DNA of 64,000 nucleotides, from UHGV virus genome UHGV-1351068. One strand, written 5' to 3'. The notes beneath the pieces were generated by a model. It was not told the DNA's origin, ran no database searches, and saw only the letters and a program-made list of their open reading frames with translations. A program made the position numbers and the translations under genes. Positions 61,522 through 64,000 of the stretch are shown here, one piece after another; the stretch's first letter is position 1, and each line of letters starts with the position of its first letter. Source of the DNA: a virus.

Positions 61522-61871
61522 CTGGTAGCCTCCTGGATATCTTCTGCAAACTTATTGAAGCTTGCATTAATCTGTTTTTCAACCAATCCAGGTTTAGCTG
61601 CAACTACATTTCCACGCTTAGAATCTTTATTCATCTTAGCATTAGAAGTATCACGCGCTGCTCGATTTTCCTGATAGCCTTTATATGTTGTCTGCAGATT
61701 TTTTATAGAAACACCAATATTTTCTATTTCTTTTGCTTGGCGATCAGATTCGTCTTGGACGACTTTGAGGTCAGCTTTAAGATTTTCTACCCGCCACGAA
61801 AGATATTTCAATCCGCCGGCGGATAATGCTAACACTCCAATCATCAACCAAGTTGTGTTTATTTTGAGCAT
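61518..61871 (-). CDS. candidate i-spanin (T4 pseT.3 equivalent)
   Basis: 117 aa. N-terminal TM helix WLMIGVLALSAGGL followed by a coiled coil. Confidence 0.55.
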   Translation of the reverse strand: MLKINTTWLMIGVLALSAGGLKYLSWRVENLKADLKVVQDESDRQAKEIENIGVSIKNLQTTYKGYQENRAARDTSNAKMNKDSKRGNVVAAKPGLVEKQINASFNKFAEDIQEATR

Positions 61872-62368
61872 AGTTTAAGGATAACCTCTACGATATCATC
61901 ACGGGATAATCCCGAAATGAGGATGTGACGATCAGAACTTTCCGAAGGAGAACACTTGAAGCAAGCTTCTACATATTCTGCCATCTCGGAATAATTCAGC
62001 TCGCGATGCATAATGCCAAGACGATGTTTGCCATAAATCGGGTCAACGATTACATAGCATTTGCATCCGTTGGCATGAACGTTTGGTTGAGTGATGTTCT
62101 TGAACACCTCTGCACCATACTTCGCGAGATGATTATCTAGGAAATCAATCATTTCATCTACGGCTTCAGGCAAGGCTTCAGCACGCTGCTCGTTCACACG
62201 ATTGGTGTACTCTTTTTGCTTCTTACGAGCAGCTTCCTTACGCGCCATATGCGTTCGTAGGTCAGTGACGAATCCCACTTTCTTGGTGCCATTCCACACA
62301 AAAATCCCGTCGGAATGAGTACCATATTTGTTAACAACCATATCTAAAGTAATTGCTTGCATATCCAT
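61859..62368 (-). CDS. alc: Alc-like protein (positional equivalent of T4 alc)
   Basis: 169 aa (T4 Alc is 167 aa). Lies between rnlA and pseT.3, as in T4. Has its own early promoter. Confidence 0.45.
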   Translation of the reverse strand: MDMQAITLDMVVNKYGTHSDGIFVWNGTKKVGFVTDLRTHMARKEAARKKQKEYTNRVNEQRAEALPEAVDEMIDFLDNHLAKYGAEVFKNITQPNVHANGCKCYVIVDPIYGKHRLGIMHRELNYSEMAEYVEACFKCSPSESSDRHILISGLSRDDIVEVILKLCSK

Positions 62369-62374
62369 TTCATT

Positions 62375-62432
62375 ATCCTCATCAGTTGGTGTAAGTCTAT
62401 AGTATCACACCTTGATGAGGATGTAAACAGCT
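62375..62432 (-). promoter_or_regulatory. early promoter / stem-loop cassette (PeSL-like copy 5) that sequesters the alc SD
   Basis: Minus strand: ctGTTTACA-N17-TACTATAGAC. The 10-bp perfect inverted repeat ATCCTCATCA/TGATGAGGAT, plus the inner GGTGTGA/TTACACC, encloses the -10. The 3' arm contains SD GAGGAT. Confidence 0.6.
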
Positions 62433-63582
62433 ATTCTTCAGAAATTTCAATTTCTTTTTCGTACTCTTTTGGAACATATCCAGCCCAGTACTTCAAGAAC
62501 ACTTTTTCAAGGTCTTTAAGCAGTTTATCTACATCTACTGTTCCTTCATACATGTTCATGATAACACCAAAAAGATGACGCTGATTAACCGTTGCTTTCT
62601 GTGCAGCAATGGCATAGTCTTTACGAGCACGACCTCTGTATTCATCATAGAATGACTGACACAGCTCAAGTGACTTTCCAAGGTAATCTAGATAAGCTTG
62701 CTCAAATGCAGAAATTTTCTTAATTGCATATTCGTCTCCAGCAAAAAGAGAACGCAAGTCATCAGAGTTTGCAGATACGACAGACGCAAACAGTCTTTCA
62801 TTTGACGTTATTGAGTCTTTGGTGTGATGAAGAGCTGAGTACCATTCTGTTTTAACCTTAAATCTCTGCCCAGTGTTTAGAACTGCAATGTATCCTTCTA
62901 CGCCTTCAAGTGCACGAACACCTTCAACCCAAGTACTAGGGTCAGAAATTCCATAAGCATTAATTAAATAAGGACGAATTTTAGCATTAGCGTACAAATC
63001 GTCATATTTAACATACTCGCCGGTTGCGTTATCACGGACGTTTAACACAAACAATTGTGGCTCCTGATATGCAAGAACAACACGATTATCAGGTGAAACA
63101 AATTCCATGTTTACCGTATAACCATCTAGCGTTAACTCAAGAACGACTTGATGAAGCGAAGAATACTCTTCACTATTAAGCAGGGCAGAAGACCTTCTCG
63201 CCTGGTCACTATAAAGAGAGGTTTTTGATTTAAGATATAGATACCCATCATCAACATAAGATGACACTAGAGAGCCATCAGCCTTATCCATAATGTATTC
63301 TACATCACTAATATCAATTCCCATTGTCATCGGGTTTTCATTCAAGTTAAAGAATTTTTCCATTGGACGAGAAGCAATACGAATTGGAGTATCACCATCC
63401 ATTTCAAACATGATGCCACGGCACTCAAGAGCATCTGGTTTTAACCACTCGCTATAACTTGCGTAGTGATATGAAAACACTCTGAACTTACCATCCATAG
63501 GACCAGTAAAATCTTTATAAAAGAATTTTGCAACTTCTGAGCTTTCACACAGATTCATTAAATTTTTATATAGCTCTAACAT
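62431..63582 (-). CDS. rnlA: RNA ligase 1
   Basis: 383 aa (T4 Rnl1 is 374 aa). N-terminus and ALECRGIMFEMDG, IASRPMEKFFNLNENP match T4. Adenylation lysine in KADGSL. Confidence 0.92.
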   Translation of the reverse strand: MLELYKNLMNLCESSEVAKFFYKDFTGPMDGKFRVFSYHYASYSEWLKPDALECRGIMFEMDGDTPIRIASRPMEKFFNLNENPMTMGIDISDVEYIMDKADGSLVSSYVDDGYLYLKSKTSLYSDQARRSSALLNSEEYSSLHQVVLELTLDGYTVNMEFVSPDNRVVLAYQEPQLFVLNVRDNATGEYVKYDDLYANAKIRPYLINAYGISDPSTWVEGVRALEGVEGYIAVLNTGQRFKVKTEWYSALHHTKDSITSNERLFASVVSANSDDLRSLFAGDEYAIKKISAFEQAYLDYLGKSLELCQSFYDEYRGRARKDYAIAAQKATVNQRHLFGVIMNMYEGTVDVDKLLKDLEKVFLKYWAGYVPKEYEKEIEISEE

Positions 63583-63992
63583 TTCTTTACCTTATGTTGT
63601 GTGTTCCATGGAGGATTGAACTTTTTAATAAACATCGGTTCTTCCAAGTCCATAGTGGATATTGACATCTCGCCAAGTTCATTATTAATCAAAAGATTAA
63701 AACACTGACGAGCATAGAACTCTACTTTTTTACCAGCCATTAGTGCTTCAAAAATCTTGGCAGATTTAGCCGAATCAGAGGTTTGGTCTTTCCGATTAAT
63801 AGCAGTTCTATAATAATTTATACGTTTACGAAGATTTTTAGTCTTACCAATGTAAACTAGTTCATCATCAACTGCGATGGCATAAACTACGTTCAACTTG
63901 TTTGCTACCAAAACAGGTTTAATACTGAAATCTGGTTCTAACTCAAGTTGAACATATTTTATAAAAGAAAACTCGTTAGCAATATCATTCAT
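63576..63992 (-). CDS. denA: endonuclease II (GIY-YIG)
   Basis: 138 aa (T4 EndoII is 136 aa). GIY-YIG core VYAIAVDDELVYIGKTKNLRKRINYY. Position upstream of rnlA. Confidence 0.75.
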   Translation of the reverse strand: MNDIANEFSFIKYVQLELEPDFSIKPVLVANKLNVVYAIAVDDELVYIGKTKNLRKRINYYRTAINRKDQTSDSAKSAKIFEALMAGKKVEFYARQCFNLLINNELGEMSISTMDLEEPMFIKKFNPPWNTQHKVKKC

Positions 63993-64000
63993 AATAAAGA

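Overview
This window is a contiguous stretch of a T4-type (Tevenvirinae/Straboviridae-like) myophage genome. It matches phage T4 gene for gene and mostly in gene order. Calls rest on reading the provided translations against remembered T4 proteins, on start/stop coupling, and on promoter and terminator motifs read directly from the sequence.

Layout:
- 1-455: two unannotated small ORFs plus an early promoter.
- 456-3764, minus strand: 57B, 57A, 1 (dNMP kinase), 3, 2, 4.
- 3814-34000, plus strand: the complete late morphogenesis block. Baseplate 53, 5, 5.1, 5.4, 6-12; fibritin wac; neck 13-15; terminase 16/17; sheath 18; tube 19; portal 20; core 67/68; protease 21; scaffold 22; capsid 23; vertex 24.
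- 34030-38525, minus strand: DprA-like protein, rnlB, three small genes, hoc, inh-like.
- Beyond that: uvsW/uvsW.1 (plus); uvsY and gp25/26 (minus); baseplate hub 51-27-28-29-48-54 (plus); then a long minus-strand early/middle region with alt, DNA ligase 30, many small unknown ORFs, rIII, 31, cd, pseT, spanins, alc-like, rnlA, denA.

Regulatory signals are unusually legible. Late promoters (TATAAATA) sit in front of the late transcription units. UUCG-tetraloop terminators and MotA-type middle promoters are present.

The most notable observations:
- Five copies of a conserved early-promoter/stem-loop cassette. They resemble the PeSL mobile regulatory cassettes of some T4-type phages. One of them would hide the alc ribosome-binding site in read-through transcripts.
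- A GC-rich, hairpin-dense, ORF-free 340 bp island next to rIII, which is a candidate structured RNA.
- A DprA/Smf-like gene translationally coupled to RNA ligase 2.
- A fibritin with a C-terminal extension beyond the foldon.

Other curiosities: interdigitated divergent late promoters at three loci, and unannotated small ORFs that are translationally coupled to their neighbours.

No rRNA, CRISPR, integrase or transposase was seen. A tRNA was looked for in the ORF-free island and not found.
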